Below, one piece after another: positions 35,144 to 35,332 of a stretch of 35,332 nt of DNA (within the stretch, counting starts at the first letter, position 1; every line of letters begins with the position of its first letter). This DNA comes from Octopus sinensis (taxonomy: Eukaryota): contig NW_021831656.1 in assembly GCF_006345805.1 (NCBI RefSeq), forward strand, positions 1-35,332. Direction: 5' to 3'. The position numbers and the translations under genes are program-made. The notes under the pieces are model-generated. The model was not told where the DNA came from. It saw only the letters and a program-made list of their open reading frames with translations, and searched no databases.

Positions 35144-35311
35144 GGCGCAGCAGTGGCTGTGTGGTAAGTGGCTTGCTTACCAACCACATGGTTCCGGGTT
35201 CAGTCGCACTGCGTGCACCTTGGGCAAATGTCTTCTACTATAGCCTCGGGCCGACCAAAGCCTTGTGAGGGGATTTAGTAGGAGGAAACTGAAAAAAGCC
35301 CGTCGTATATA
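35144..35311 (+). mobile_element. SINE family B, 5' half
   Basis: ggcgcagcagTGGCTGTGTGGtaag..ccggGTTCAGTCgc..ccttgggcaaatgtcttctactatagcctcgggccgaccaaagcc..cccgtcgtatata. Confidence 0.9.
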
Positions 35312-35332
35312 CGATGCTAATGTTTTTTACGT

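Overview
AT-rich eukaryotic non-coding DNA (intergenic or intronic), extremely dense in microsatellites and interspersed repeats. The repeat complement looks like an octopod cephalopod genome (inferred from memory of Octopus repeats, not from a search). I find no credible host protein-coding exon, rRNA, genuine tRNA or CRISPR array; nearly all ORFs in the track are read-throughs of tri-, di- or tetranucleotide repeats. Supported content: four tRNA-headed SINE families (here called A-D, about 25 copies or fragments, including a six-unit head-to-tail array at 21.5-22.7 kb); two ~500-bp 3' fragments of an R4/Dong-type LINE with a restriction-like endonuclease; three copies of a non-coding ~0.5-kb element ('E') that always ends in (AAT)n; a CR1-type LINE 3' end; mariner and Tc1 transposase pseudogenes; a TTAA-flanked piggyBac-like MITE; and weaker Penelope-like and maT-like relics. 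No clearly new biological system can be demonstrated from this sequence. The best leads are an (AAT)n-targeting Dong/element-E pair, the SINE-A multimers, module sharing between SINE families, degenerate hammerhead-like motifs at 8.5-11.5 kb, a pre-miRNA-sized hairpin, and several unique islands rich in homeodomain motifs. Boundaries were read by eye and may be off by some bases.
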